Counted from the stretch's first letter, positions 45,476-54,994 are shown. The stretch: DNA of 64,000 nt from an uncultured Anaerolineae bacterium (GCA_964625745.1 CAZVCJ010000004.1:1289-65288), one strand, 5' to 3'. The notes: generated by a model not told the origin, from the sequence alone. Numbers and translations are program-made.

Positions 45476-46501
45476 TCAAGCCTCCCGCGCCACCAGCACT
45501 TTCAGCGTTCCAGGTTGGGCCGCGTGCCCGAAGGCGGCGAGCACCTCGGAGAGGGGATAGCGAGCCTGGATCAGAGGGGTAACCTCCACCAGCCCCCGCT
45601 CCAGTAGCCGCATCGCTGGAGCGAACGGCCCACAGCGCGAGCCGACCAGCGTGATCTCATCCACCACGGCCATAGTCAGATCCGCGTCGAGCGGCTTCTG
45701 TAACTTCCCCCCCAGAGCCCGCCCTGAGCAGGGTCGAAGGGTTGGGGGGGATTGAGGGGGGGCGTGGTAGGTGGATTTCAACACGATGGTGCCCCGGGGG
45801 CGGACGAGTCGCCGCGCGGCGGCGTATCCTCCCGGATGACCGGTCGCCTCGACGACGACGTCGGCCCCTCCCTGGACGGTCGCATCATCCAGCGCTGTGG
45901 GGATGCCTTGCCGCGCCACGATTTCCAGTTTCTCACGATGGTGTCCCACCACGGTCAGATGGCAGCCCGTGAGAGCCAACACCTGGGCGCAGAGCAACCC
46001 CAGCTTGCCGTCACCCACCACGATGACGCGGTCTGTGGGACGCACGTGTACCTGCTGGACGATCTCACAGGCGGCGGCCAGCGGCTCGGTGAAGACAGCG
46101 ACCTCGTCTGAGACGGCGTCGGGCACGGGATGGAGGTTGGTGATGGGCAAGGTCAAGTACTCGGCGAAAGCCCCGTCGCGGGTTCTGATGCCCAGCGTGG
46201 TACGATTGGGGCAATGGGTAGGGCGGTTGGCCCGGCAGGTGGGACAGGTGCCGCAAGCAACGTTGATCTCACCCACCACGCGGCGGCCTTCCCATGCCTT
46301 GGCCCCCGGCGCGCGCTCGACCACGCCCACGAACTCGTGGCCGGGAACGCCTCGGAACTGGTGGTATCCCTTCACCAGCTCCAGGTCGGTGTTGCACACC
46401 GCGGCCACGTTCACGCGGATGAGCGCCTCGCCTGGCGGCGGCTCTGGTGTGGGGTAGTCATTCACTAACTTCAGTTTTCCATCAAGCAGCAGTGCACGCA
46501 T
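45476..46501 (-). CDS. zinc-type medium-chain alcohol dehydrogenase/reductase family protein
   Basis: 341 aa. GHEFVG, CGTCPTCRANRPTHC, VVGDGKLG. Carries repeat 45707-45762 in-frame. Confidence 0.88.
   Translation of the reverse strand: MRALLLDGKLKLVNDYPTPEPPPGEALIRVNVAAVCNTDLELVKGYHQFRGVPGHEFVGVVERAPGAKAWEGRRVVGEINVACGTCPTCRANRPTHCPNRTTLGIRTRDGAFAEYLTLPITNLHPVPDAVSDEVAVFTEPLAAACEIVQQVHVRPTDRVIVVGDGKLGLLCAQVLALTGCHLTVVGHHREKLEIVARQGIPTALDDATVQGGADVVVEATGHPGGYAAARRLVRPRGTIVLKSTYHAPPQSPPTLRPCSGRALGGKLQKPLDADLTMAVVDEITLVGSRCGPFAPAMRLLERGLVEVTPLIQARYPLSEVLAAFGHAAQPGTLKVLVAREA
45707..45762. repeat. C7/G7 palindromic element with 'gccctgagcagggtcgaagg' core, in-frame in the dehydrogenase
   Basis: Sequence: C7-agagcccgccctgagcagggtcgaagggtt-G7-attga-G7. 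Peptide: PPQSPPTLRPCSGRALGGK. Same frame and orientation relative to its host as the subtilase copy. Confidence 0.85.
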
Positions 46502-46824
46502 GGCTGTTCCTCATCCTTCTTGTCAATTCCCCTGACCCTGGTGTGTTTCAAATGAGTTGGATAAGACGTCGTAGAAAAGTCCTTTGCTATTATATCCCAC
46601 CCAGCCGTTTTTGTCCAGCTTAACGGCTGGCCCCCAAATCAGTAGATCCAAAATCTCCAGCAGAGGCAGCTCCCATGCCGCTGGTCCGCGGGCGTGGGAG
46701 CCCGCCCTGCTCAAAACTTGGATCTACAGAGTCTACGAACGCCAACTTGTCTCTACAGACAAAGTGTGCTATACTTGGTTTGTCAGTCACTATCTCTGAG
46801 CAGGTAAACGATAGGAGACACTCT

Positions 46825-47152
46825 GTGTCCAGGTGGGCAGTCCATGACCGCTACGGCAATGAAATCTACATGACGCGGGAGCGGTGGGATTACATTCTTC
46901 CTTCGCTATCACGATGAACTCGATGGTCTCCTGGATGAGCTGCTTGACGCGCTGAGAAAGGGACGACGAAGACAAGAGCCAGCTAACCCAAGCAAGTATA
47001 AGTACTACAGACGTTGTGATGCATTGCCGCTGGAATACAACACCATCGTTGTAGTGGTCAAGTTTGCGACGCGAGTACGTCCAGATGGAACATTTGCCTC
47101 CAACAACTTTGTAATCACTGCCTGGGGCACGTATATTTGTGGTGAAGGATAG
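46825..47152 (+). pseudogene. small gene interrupted by a +1 frameshift near 46885-46915
   Basis: Frame a gives VSRWAVHDRYGNEIYMTRERWDYILPSLSR*. The next frame continues ...FLRYHDELDGLLDELLDALRKG...VVVVKFATRVRPDGTFASNNFVITAWGTYICGEG*. Confidence 0.4.
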
Positions 47153-47162
47153 GATATGTATT

Positions 47163-47582
47163 ATGAGTGAGCTTCGCTTGCATGAGACAGAACTCGTGAA
47201 CAAGGACGGGCAAAGGATATGTCTGGCCTACGAAGAGGTGGGCGATATCCTTGAAATCGTGTTCGGCGATGTCGAGGCCACCTGTGCCATCGAACTGACG
47301 GATAACATCGTACTGCGCTTTCACCGTGAACAAGGCCGCGCCGCTGGCCTCACCATCCTCGACTTCTCCATTCTTACCTCTCCAACCGAACTGGGAGTTC
47401 GCAGCTTCGCCCTCACCGGCCTGGACGACCTGCCAGAAGAGCTATGGGAGACGGTGGTGCGTATCATCACCACACCGCCCGTCAACCAGTTCCTCAAGGT
47501 CACGACCTTCTACGCTTCTCCTGCCGATCAAGTCCCCCTGACCTATGTCGAAGGCCCCAGCGAGCTGGTCATGGTGGCATAG
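47163..47582 (+). CDS. DUF2283-like protein
   Basis: ICLAYEEVGDILEIVFGD...IVLRFHREQGRAAGLTILDFS. The ORF track starts at 47139; ATG 47163 is preferred. Confidence 0.5.
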   Translation: MSELRLHETELVNKDGQRICLAYEEVGDILEIVFGDVEATCAIELTDNIVLRFHREQGRAAGLTILDFSILTSPTELGVRSFALTGLDDLPEELWETVVRIITTPPVNQFLKVTTFYASPADQVPLTYVEGPSELVMVA

Positions 47583-47661
47583 TTTGAATCCACTGAATTA
47601 TGAAAAGAGCCCTTTGTCTCTCGACATCGGGCTCTTTCGTTATCACCAACTCATCGAAGCT

Positions 47662-49113
47662 TCAGTCAGGCTTCCACCGCAACTTCGGTTGCCTGGCCGC
47701 TCTGACCTCGTCCAGCCGCGTGACGGGGGTAGTTTGGGGCGCTCCGTGCAAGATGTCGGGGTTCTCCTGGGCTTCCCTGGCGATGTTGAGCATGGCCTCG
47801 GCGAAGGCGTCCAGGGTCTCCTTGCTCTCGGTCTCGGTAGGCTCGATCATCAGGGCCTCAGGCACGATGAGGGGGAAGTAGACGGTGGGCGGGTGAAAAC
47901 CGTAGTCCATCAGCCGCTTGGCTATGTCCAGCGTGTGGACGTCGGGGGCCTGCGACAAGGGTCCCGATAGCACGAACTCGTGCATGCAGGTGCGGTCGTA
48001 GGGCAGCGGGTAAACCTTCCTGAGCCTGGCCAGGAGGTAGTTGGCGGCCAACACCGCGTCCTCGCTGACCTGCCTCAAGCCCTCGGCTCCCAGCATCCTG
48101 ATGTAGGTGTAGGCCTTGATGAACACGCCAAAGTTGCCGTAGAAGGCCTTGACCCGGCCGATGGAGGCTTCGGGCATCTCCAGGTGGTAGGTTGGATATT
48201 GGATATTGGAGATTGTAGATTGGACTGCGATTTGGCCAGGCAAGTACTTTGCCAGTCGCTCTGAGGCGCCGACGGGGCCGGAGCCGGGTCCGCCCCCGCC
48301 GTGGGGGGTGGAGAAGGTCTTGTGCAGATTGTAGTGCAGCACGTCGAAGCCCAGGTCGCCGGGCCTGGCGATGCCCAACAGGGCGTTCATGTTGGCTCCG
48401 TCGCCATACATCAGGCCGCCGCACTGGTGGACGATTTCACAGACCTCCAGCACGTTCTCCTCGAACAGGCCCAGGGTGTTGGGGTTGGTCAGCATCAGGC
48501 CGACCACCGTGTCGTCGCAGTGGGCCTTCAGTTCCTCCAGGTGCACGTTGCCCCGCTGGTCGGATTTGATCTCCACCACCTGGTAGCCGCTCATGGCGGA
48601 GGAGGCGGGGTTGGTGCCGTGAGCCGAGTCGGGTATGAGGACTTTGGTGCGCTTTGTATCACCTCGCTCCTCGTGGTAAGCTCGCATCACCAGGATACCG
48701 GTGAACTCGCCGTGGGCCCCGGCCGCGGGCTGCAGGCTCACCGCTGCGAAGCCACCGATCCCCTTCAGGTACTCCTGCAGCTCGTACATGAGCCTCAGGT
48801 TGCCCTGGACAGTGCAGTGATCCTGATAGGGATGGGTGCGGGTGAAGCCGGGGAGCTTCGCTGCCTCCTCGTTAATCTTAGGATTATATTTCATGGTACA
48901 GGAGCCCAGCGGGTAGAAGCCGGTGTCCACGGCGTGGTTGAGCTGGGAGAGGTGGACGTAGTGGCGCATCAGGTCAATCTCGCTGACCTCAGGCAGCGGG
49001 AGGTCTTTCCGCAACAGCTCTTGCGGCAGCTTGGTCGCAGGCACATCGAGTTCTGGCAGGAAAACGGCCTTCCGGCCTGGCGAGCTGATCTCGAAAATCA
49101 AATGCTCGGTCAT
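47662..49113 (-). CDS. gcvPB: glycine dehydrogenase (decarboxylating) subunit 2
   Basis: 483 aa. [16 protein letters not shown] (PLP lysine), [23 protein letters not shown]. Confidence 0.95.
   Translation of the reverse strand: MTEHLIFEISSPGRKAVFLPELDVPATKLPQELLRKDLPLPEVSEIDLMRHYVHLSQLNHAVDTGFYPLGSCTMKYNPKINEEAAKLPGFTRTHPYQDHCTVQGNLRLMYELQEYLKGIGGFAAVSLQPAAGAHGEFTGILVMRAYHEERGDTKRTKVLIPDSAHGTNPASSAMSGYQVVEIKSDQRGNVHLEELKAHCDDTVVGLMLTNPNTLGLFEENVLEVCEIVHQCGGLMYGDGANMNALLGIARPGDLGFDVLHYNLHKTFSTPHGGGGPGSGPVGASERLAKYLPGQIAVQSTISNIQYPTYHLEMPEASIGRVKAFYGNFGVFIKAYTYIRMLGAEGLRQVSEDAVLAANYLLARLRKVYPLPYDRTCMHEFVLSGPLSQAPDVHTLDIAKRLMDYGFHPPTVYFPLIVPEALMIEPTETESKETLDAFAEAMLNIAREAQENPDILHGAPQTTPVTRLDEVRAARQPKLRWKPD
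48185..48226. repeat. period-7 array (TTGGATA type, ~6 units) in-frame in gcvPB
   Basis: Units: tggtagg ttggata ttggata ttggaga ttgtaga ttggact. Peptide: [13 protein letters not shown]. Confidence 0.9.
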
Positions 49114-50501
49114 GGCGTCACCTCCTCCAAAGCCTCTACCAGGCTGTCTATCTCGGTCCTGGTGTTCATCTCCGTCACGCAGAGGAGCATGTGATTCTCC
49201 AGATGGGGATAGTCACGGCCCAGGTCGTAGCCGCCGATGATGCCCCATTCCAGCAGTGCCTGGTTGATCTCGCTGGGCGGCCTGGGGCAGCGGACGACGA
49301 ACTCTTTGAAGAAGGGCTTGTCTCCCACCAGCTCGAAGCCGGGGATGGCGGCGATCTGCCTGGCAGCGTAGTGGGCCTTGTGATAGCAAAGCTCGGCCAC
49401 CTGGCGTAGCCCGCTCTTTCCCAGGGCCGCCAGGTAGGCCCCGGCCGCCAGAGCACAGAGGGCCTCGTTGGAGCAGATGTTAGAGGTGGCTCTCTCGCGA
49501 CGGATGTGTTGCTCACGAGCCGACAGGGTCAAGACGAAGCCCCGTCGTCCTTCGGTATCCACTGTCTCGCCGACCAGCCGCCCCGGCATCTTGCGCATGT
49601 ACTCCTCCCGACAGGCGAAGAGGCCCAGATACGGCCCGCCGAAGTTGAGGGGGTTGCCCAACGGCTGACCCTCTCCCACCACGATGTCGGCCCCGCATTC
49701 GCCCGGAGGGGTGAACAGGCCCAGGGAGATAGGATCCACTGCGACCACGAGAAGCGCCCCGGCCTCGTGTGCCGCATCAGCTAATCTGTTCAATCCGTTC
49801 TCAGAATCCACTGACAGCAACTGGCCAAGGAAGTCTGGCTGCTGGATGATCAAGCAGGCGGTGTCGTCATCGAGTTGGAGGTTGGAGGTTGGAGGTTGGA
49901 AGTTGGAAGTTAGAGGTTGGGAGTTGGAACTCGAAACCCCAAACCCCAAACTCGAAACTTCCAGTTCTGGGCCTGGTGTGTAGGTGCGCAGGGTGGCGCG
50001 GTACTCAGGGTGCACGGTGGGGGAGACGACGATCTTGCGCCGTTTGCCACGGGAGACGTTCACTGCCATGATTGCGGCCTCGGCCAGGCTGGTGGCTCCG
50101 TCGTAGTGGGAGGCGTTGGCTACCTCCATGCCCGTGAGGGCGCAGACCATGCTCTGGTACTCGAAGATGGCCTGCAGCGTGCCCTGGCTGATCTCAGGCT
50201 GGTAGGGGGTGTAGGCGGTGTAGAACTCCGAGCGGCCGGTGATGTGACCCACCACACTGGGCACGAAGTGGTTGTAGGCCCCCGCGCCCAGGAAGCAGGC
50301 GTGGTGGTCGAGGTCGGCGTTCTCCTCGCTCATGCTTCTCAGCTCCGCCAGGATCTCCAGCTCGGATAGGGGAGGGGGCAGCTTAAGCTCAGGATAGCGC
50401 ACACTCTCTGGCACATCCAGGAAGAGGTCAGCGACGGTCTCCACCCCAATCTCGGCCATCATCGCCGCCCGGTCGGGGTCGGTATGGGGGATGTAGGACA
50501 T
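49110..50501 (-). CDS. gcvPA: glycine dehydrogenase (decarboxylating) subunit 1
   Basis: 463 aa. [33 protein letters not shown]-like ([19 protein letters not shown]). Confidence 0.95.
   Translation of the reverse strand: MSYIPHTDPDRAAMMAEIGVETVADLFLDVPESVRYPELKLPPPLSELEILAELRSMSEENADLDHHACFLGAGAYNHFVPSVVGHITGRSEFYTAYTPYQPEISQGTLQAIFEYQSMVCALTGMEVANASHYDGATSLAEAAIMAVNVSRGKRRKIVVSPTVHPEYRATLRTYTPGPELEVSSLGFGVSSSNSQPLTSNFQPPTSNLQLDDDTACLIIQQPDFLGQLLSVDSENGLNRLADAAHEAGALLVVAVDPISLGLFTPPGECGADIVVGEGQPLGNPLNFGGPYLGLFACREEYMRKMPGRLVGETVDTEGRRGFVLTLSAREQHIRRERATSNICSNEALCALAAGAYLAALGKSGLRQVAELCYHKAHYAARQIAAIPGFELVGDKPFFKEFVVRCPRPPSEINQALLEWGIIGGYDLGRDYPHLENHMLLCVTEMNTRTEIDSLVEALEEVTP
49874..49964. 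repeat. period-7 array of 13 units (GTTGGAG x8, then CTCGAAA/CCCCAAA x5) in-frame in gcvPA
   Basis: Units counted directly. Peptide: [28 protein letters not shown]. Confidence 0.9.
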
Positions 50502-50899
50502 CAGTGGCCTCCTTCCTTTTCCTCCGCGGCCACGTGCTCTTGATATTGCTCAGGGGTCAGCAGGGCGTCCAGTTCCGAGAGATCGCTGGGGGTGAACTGG
50601 ACGAACCAGCCCTCGCCGAAGGGATCGTCGTTGACTAGCTGAGGGGAAGACAGCGCCTCATTGATCTCAGTGATCTCCCCGCTGATAGGCATATAGACGT
50701 CGGCAGCGGTTTTAGCCGATTCCACAACAGCGAAGACCTCGCCCTGGTCGAAGACGTCGCTCACCTCAGGCAGCTCCACGTAGACGACGTCGGAGAGCTG
50801 AGACTGAGCGTAGTCGGTGATGCCCGCCGTGGCCAGGTTGCCGACGACGCGCACCCATTCGTGAGTCTTCACGTAGCGGCAATTCTTATCTACTTTCAT
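50501..50899 (-). CDS. gcvH: glycine cleavage system H protein
   Basis: 132 aa. YVKTHEWV, VESAKTAADVYMPISGE (lipoyl-lysine motif). Confidence 0.95.
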   Translation of the reverse strand: MKVDKNCRYVKTHEWVRVVGNLATAGITDYAQSQLSDVVYVELPEVSDVFDQGEVFAVVESAKTAADVYMPISGEITEINEALSSPQLVNDDPFGEGWFVQFTPSDLSELDALLTPEQYQEHVAAEEKEGGH

Positions 50900-50956
50900 T
50901 TTTGCATCTCCTTTCTTTTGGTCAGATAGTCCTTGGTCGGATGGTCATTGGTCATT

Positions 50957-53900
50957 CTACTCTTCTGCCACAGGGAAGCGGGTGAGAACTGTAGCCCACT
51001 CCTGGAGGAGCATCTTGTCGCCCAAAGAGAGCTCTTCCACCGGCTTGGTGGGTGGGACTTTGTCGTGGGGGAGGGGGATGATGCCGATTTGCACTCCCTC
51101 CCGGTTGTATTTCTGGTCAACGTAGGCCAGGCCAACCTGGAACCCTTCGGTGTCCAAGGCGCAACTGGTGACGCGGCCTATGTACTTGCCTCGCTTGTCA
51201 ACCACCGGGTCTCCCAGCTTGGCCATCCTCACCCCCTTCTCGTCCATGCGGAAACGAAGCAGCTCCATGTTCCTGGTGGCTTCTTTTTCCAGCAGGGTTT
51301 TCCTGCCGATGAAGTAGGGCTTGTGGAACTTCACGTAGGAGCCAAAGCCGGCCTCGATGGGAGAGATGTTGTACGGCCCGGCCAGATCGTGTCCGTGCAG
51401 CGGCAGGCCGGCCTCGGTTCTGGTCGAGTCTCTGGCGGCCAGGCCCGCTGGCTTCAGGTCATAATCCCGGCCTTTCTCCAGCAGCAGATTCCACATCCTG
51501 GGAGCGTTGTCGGGGTGCAGGTAGAGCTCGTAGGCGATGTCCTCTCCGGTGTAGCCGGTGCGGGACACGATGAGCTCCATGCCCGCCAACTCCGTCTCGA
51601 TGAACTCGGTTCGGCTGATCCGGGCCAGCTTCTCTCGCAGCTTTTCATCTTCAGTCAAGCTCTGGAGGATGGCCAGGGAATTGGGGCCCTGGATGGCCAA
51701 GTCAACCCGCTGGTCGTCCCCTGACGCCGGATCCTTCAAGTCGCGGATGATGGCGGGACCCTCGATCTCGATGTCCGGATGCTCTCTGTCTATCAGGCAT
51801 TTGCCGGAGTTGACGGCGTTCAGCCAGGCCAGGTCTTTCTCGGCGTTGGAGGCGTTGATCACCAGCATGTAGCGGTCCGCCGCCCGGCGGTAGATGAACA
51901 CGTCATCAATCACGTTGCCATCGGGGTCGAGGAGGTAGGAGTATTGAGATTGCCCATCCCCGATCCAGCGCACGTAGTTGGACGTGACCGCGTCGAGGAA
52001 AGCGGTGGCGTGCTCGCCGGCCACCTCCACCACTCCCATGTGAGCCACGTCGAACAGCCCCGCCGTCTCCCTCACGGCTCTATGCTCCTCGCCGACGCTG
52101 GTGTACCAGACCGGCATCTCCCATCCAGCGAAGGGTATCACTTTCTTCGTTAGCTTCAGATGCTCTTCGTAGAGGACGGTTCGCTTGAGCTCGCCTTCTT
52201 CTTGCCACTGCCACTCCTCCTTCTCCACCTCGGACCTGACGCTTTCCAGGCTCTTCTGGCCGACGAAGTAGGGCTTGGAGACGTGGAACAGGGAATCGTG
52301 GCCCGCTTGATAGAGGGAGAGGCCGATCGGAGTTTCGAGTTTCGAGTTTCGAGTTTCGAGTTTCGAGATTTTAGTTTCGAGTTTCGAGATTTGAGATTTG
52401 ATATTAGGTGTTGCATCTTCGTCTAGATCCTTCACCACCACCGGCCCCTCGACCTTGCGGAAGATGTCGTCTTCGTCGAACAGGATGTACCCGTCGGCGA
52501 GGCCCCGGAACCAGGCCTTCACCCTGTCGGTGTTCTCAGGATTGGTCATCACGACGTAGTGGTCACGGCCCCATTGGTCCGGCTCCAGGCGCAGGATGGC
52601 GATGCTATCAATGAGCTGCCCCTGGGCATCCAGCAGGAAGGAACGCTGGCTCTCGCCTGGTTGCAGCCTGGACACGTCGTTGGTGGAGACCTGCTGCAGG
52701 AAGGGCGTGGCCCTCTGGCCAATCACCTCCAGCAGTCCCATGTCTGACGTTTGACGTTTCACGTTTGACGTTTCACGTTTCACGCTCGACGTTTCACGCA
52801 AGAAGTAGTAATGTGGGTAGCCAATCCCCTGTGCTGGCGTCTCCACCTCCGCTCCCCTCGCCAGCTCTTCCACCTCAAGCTTCACTTCCTCCAGGATGTC
52901 CAGATCAATCTTCCCCCTCCACAGCGGCCCTGTCAGTCCGATGTAGCTGAAAGGCTTGACGTTGACGATGAGGCGGTGGATGAACTCGGCGATCTTGTCC
53001 ATTTCCGCCCTGCCCATCCCTCGCTGGGTGAGCCAGGGCGTACCCAGGCGGATGCCGCTGGCCTCGCTGGCGTCGGCGTCGTCGGGGATAGTGTTCTTGT
53101 TGACCACGATGCCCGCCAGGTCCAGGATGCGGGCTGCGATCTCGCCCTTGAGGGGGAAGCCCTCCGGGGACTTGAGGGGATTGAGGTCAATCACCAGGAG
53201 GTGGGTGTTCGTCCCGCCGTAGGCCAGCTTCAGGCCGCGCCTCTGCAGCCCGTCGGCCAGGGCCACGCAGTTCTCCACGATCCTGTGTTGCAGGCGTTTG
53301 AACTCTTCCGTCTGAGCTATCCTGGCGGCGACGGCCATGGCTGCGAACTTGTGCACGTGAGGTCCGCCCTGCCGACCGGGGAACACGGCGTTGTCTATCA
53401 GTTCGGCCAGGTCCTCGTCGGTGGTCATGATCACCGCTCCGCGCGGGCCGAAGAAGGTTTTGTGGGTGGTGAAGGTAGTGACGTCGGCGATGCCTACGGG
53501 ATTCGGGTAGGCGCCCGCTATGGCTAATCCTGCAGTGTGGGCGATGTCGGCCATGAGGAGCGCCCCGCAGGCGTCGGCGATCTCCCGGAACTTCTCCCAG
53601 TCGGGGGCCCAGGAATAGGAGGTGAATCCGCCCACGATGATCCTGGGCCTGTGCTCCAGGGCCAGCTCCATGATCTGGTCGTAGTCCAGCTTTTCGGTGG
53701 CCCTGCTGGCGGCGTAGGAGACCACGTTGTAGCGGCGGCCGGAGATGTTGAAAGGGCTGCCGTGGGTGAGGTGTCCGCCCTGGGGGAGAGCCAATCCCAT
53801 GATGGTGTCGCCTGGATCGAGGAGAGCGCTATAGACTGACAGGTTAGCGGGCGAGCCTGAGAGGGGCTGGACGTTCACGAAAATCTGGTCGGCGCTCACC

Positions 53901-54277
53901 CTCTCGTTGGCGAAACATGCAGCCACCCGCCTTTGGGCCAGGCACTCGATGAGGTCGGCGTATTCGACGCCCTTGTAGAACCGCCTGTCGGCGTAGCGCC
54001 TGTAGTTGGCCAGCTCGTGGTCGAACTGGAGGAGCAGTTCGATCTCGTCTCGGGTCATCTGCAGGCGGGGATAGCCCTCGGCGTAGATGTTGTTGAACAC
54101 GCTCCCCAGCGCCTCGCGAACCGGCTTGGGGCAGTAGCTCTCCGAGGGAATCATAATCAGCTTCCTGGCCTGCCTCTCCTCCTCGAAGGCGATCAGGTCG
54201 GCCACATCGGGATCCACCTCGGCCAGGTCCTTGCCGAAGACGAGGTCCCAATACTCTTGGCTTTTTTCTCTCTTCAT
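50957..54277 (-). CDS. fusion ORF: serine hydroxymethyltransferase + degenerate GcvT-like module + complete aminomethyltransferase (GcvT)
   Basis: aa 1-~490 SHMT (PSESYCPKPV, GGHLTHG, TTHKTFFGPRG). aa ~512-690 GcvT-like remnant (FLQQVSTNDVS...; ...FHVSKPYFVGQKSL). aa ~695-1106 GcvT (FAGWEMPVWY, GLFDVAHMG, VSRTGYTGE, KFHKPYFIGRKTL). Confidence 0.88.
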   Translation of the reverse strand: MKREKSQEYWDLVFGKDLAEVDPDVADLIAFEEERQARKLIMIPSESYCPKPVREALGSVFNNIYAEGYPRLQMTRDEIELLLQFDHELANYRRYADRRFYKGVEYADLIECLAQRRVAACFANERVSADQIFVNVQPLSGSPANLSVYSALLDPGDTIMGLALPQGGHLTHGSPFNISGRRYNVVSYAASRATEKLDYDQIMELALEHRPRIIVGGFTSYSWAPDWEKFREIADACGALLMADIAHTAGLAIAGAYPNPVGIADVTTFTTHKTFFGPRGAVIMTTDEDLAELIDNAVFPGRQGGPHVHKFAAMAVAARIAQTEEFKRLQHRIVENCVALADGLQRRGLKLAYGGTNTHLLVIDLNPLKSPEGFPLKGEIAARILDLAGIVVNKNTIPDDADASEASGIRLGTPWLTQRGMGRAEMDKIAEFIHRLIVNVKPFSYIGLTGPLWRGKIDLDILEEVKLEVEELARGAEVETPAQGIGYPHYYFLRETSSVKRETSNVKRQTSDMGLLEVIGQRATPFLQQVSTNDVSRLQPGESQRSFLLDAQGQLIDSIAILRLEPDQWGRDHYVVMTNPENTDRVKAWFRGLADGYILFDEDDIFRKVEGPVVVKDLDEDATPNIKSQISKLETKISKLETRNSKLETPIGLSLYQAGHDSLFHVSKPYFVGQKSLESVRSEVEKEEWQWQEEGELKRTVLYEEHLKLTKKVIPFAGWEMPVWYTSVGEEHRAVRETAGLFDVAHMGVVEVAGEHATAFLDAVTSNYVRWIGDGQSQYSYLLDPDGNVIDDVFIYRRAADRYMLVINASNAEKDLAWLNAVNSGKCLIDREHPDIEIEGPAIIRDLKDPASGDDQRVDLAIQGPNSLAILQSLTEDEKLREKLARISRTEFIETELAGMELIVSRTGYTGEDIAYELYLHPDNAPRMWNLLLEKGRDYDLKPAGLAARDSTRTEAGLPLHGHDLAGPYNISPIEAGFGSYVKFHKPYFIGRKTLLEKEATRNMELLRFRMDEKGVRMAKLGDPVVDKRGKYIGRVTSCALDTEGFQVGLAYVDQKYNREGVQIGIIPLPHDKVPPTKPVEELSLGDKMLLQEWATVLTRFPVAEE
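52330..52399. repeat. period-7 array (GAGTTTC type, 10 units) in-frame inside the GcvT-like remnant
   Basis: gagtttc x4, then gagattt tagtttc gagtttc gagattt gagattt gatatta. Peptide: NIKSQISKLETKISKLETRNSKLETP. Confidence 0.9.
52747..52802. repeat. period-7 array (ACGTTTC/G type, 8 units) in-frame at the SHMT/GcvT-like junction
   Basis: Units: acgtttg acgtttc acgtttg acgtttc acgtttc acgctcg acgtttc acgcaag. Peptide: RETSSVKRETSNVKRQTSD. Confidence 0.9.
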
Positions 54278-54436
54278 TTGTCAGCACTCCTTTGTGTGTG
54301 GCTAACTTGACATTGTTAGATTCCTGATAAGACTATCTGGTCTTGGACGTGGCCGCCAAACAACACTACATCGAATTGAAAGAAACGAATTCTTTGCCCT
54401 CCATTCGCTTTGGCTCATGTGGGTTTAGATTTGATT

Positions 54437-54473
54437 GGGGCGCGGGGTAAATCCCCAGCCTGCCCCGCGCCCC
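54437..54473 (-). terminator. GC-rich hairpin downstream of the RCC1 gene (weak terminator candidate)
   Basis: GGGGCGCGGGG-15 nt-CCCCGCGCCCC. No clear U-tract. Confidence 0.3.
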
Positions 54474-54493
54474 GCACTTGTAGTTTGGGACCT

Positions 54494-54994
54494 CTACCGC
54501 AGGATCAGCGGCAGGTACAGGTAGTAGCCCCAAAGCACATTCACCGGCGTCGTGCGCTGGGTGGTCGTGCCATCCCCGAGTTGACCAGACGAGTTACGGC
54601 CCCAGCACTTGCCCCCGCCGCCGGTCAGGGCGCAGGTGTGATACCAACCCGCCGCAATCGCGGCCACACCGCTCGCCAGGCCGCTCACGTTCACGGGCGT
54701 CGTGCGCCGGGTGGTCGTGCCGTCGCCGAGTTGACCATAGGTGTTGTCGCCCCAGCACTTGACCCCGCCGCCGCTGGTGAGGGCGCAGGTGTGATACCCA
54801 CCCCCCGCAATCGCGGTGGCGTTGGCGGCGATGGCCAACGGCAGTCCGCCAAGTGGCGCGCCTAGAGGGTTTCGGCCAGGAGAAGTGGCAGCCAGGCCTG
54901 GGACCTGGGCGTGGACGCTGCCGGCCAGCAGGGTCAGCAACACCCATACACCGATCAAACTGTTCAGACGCTTGAAATGACAAATGGGTTTCAT
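54494..54994 (-). CDS. small secreted RCC1-repeat protein
   Basis: 166 aa with a signal peptide. Two repeats of [31 protein letters not shown]. Ends [11 protein letters not shown]. Confidence 0.7.
   Translation of the reverse strand: MKPICHFKRLNSLIGVWVLLTLLAGSVHAQVPGLAATSPGRNPLGAPLGGLPLAIAANATAIAGGGYHTCALTSGGGVKCWGDNTYGQLGDGTTTRRTTPVNVSGLASGVAAIAAGWYHTCALTGGGGKCWGRNSSGQLGDGTTTQRTTPVNVLWGYYLYLPLILR

Noticed and set aside
54278-54493. I expected a glycine riboswitch upstream of the glycine-cleavage operon.
   Set aside because: I could find no GGAGAG...ACCGAAGGGGCAA-type aptamer sequence on the operon strand. The only strong structure is the GC hairpin at 54437-54473.
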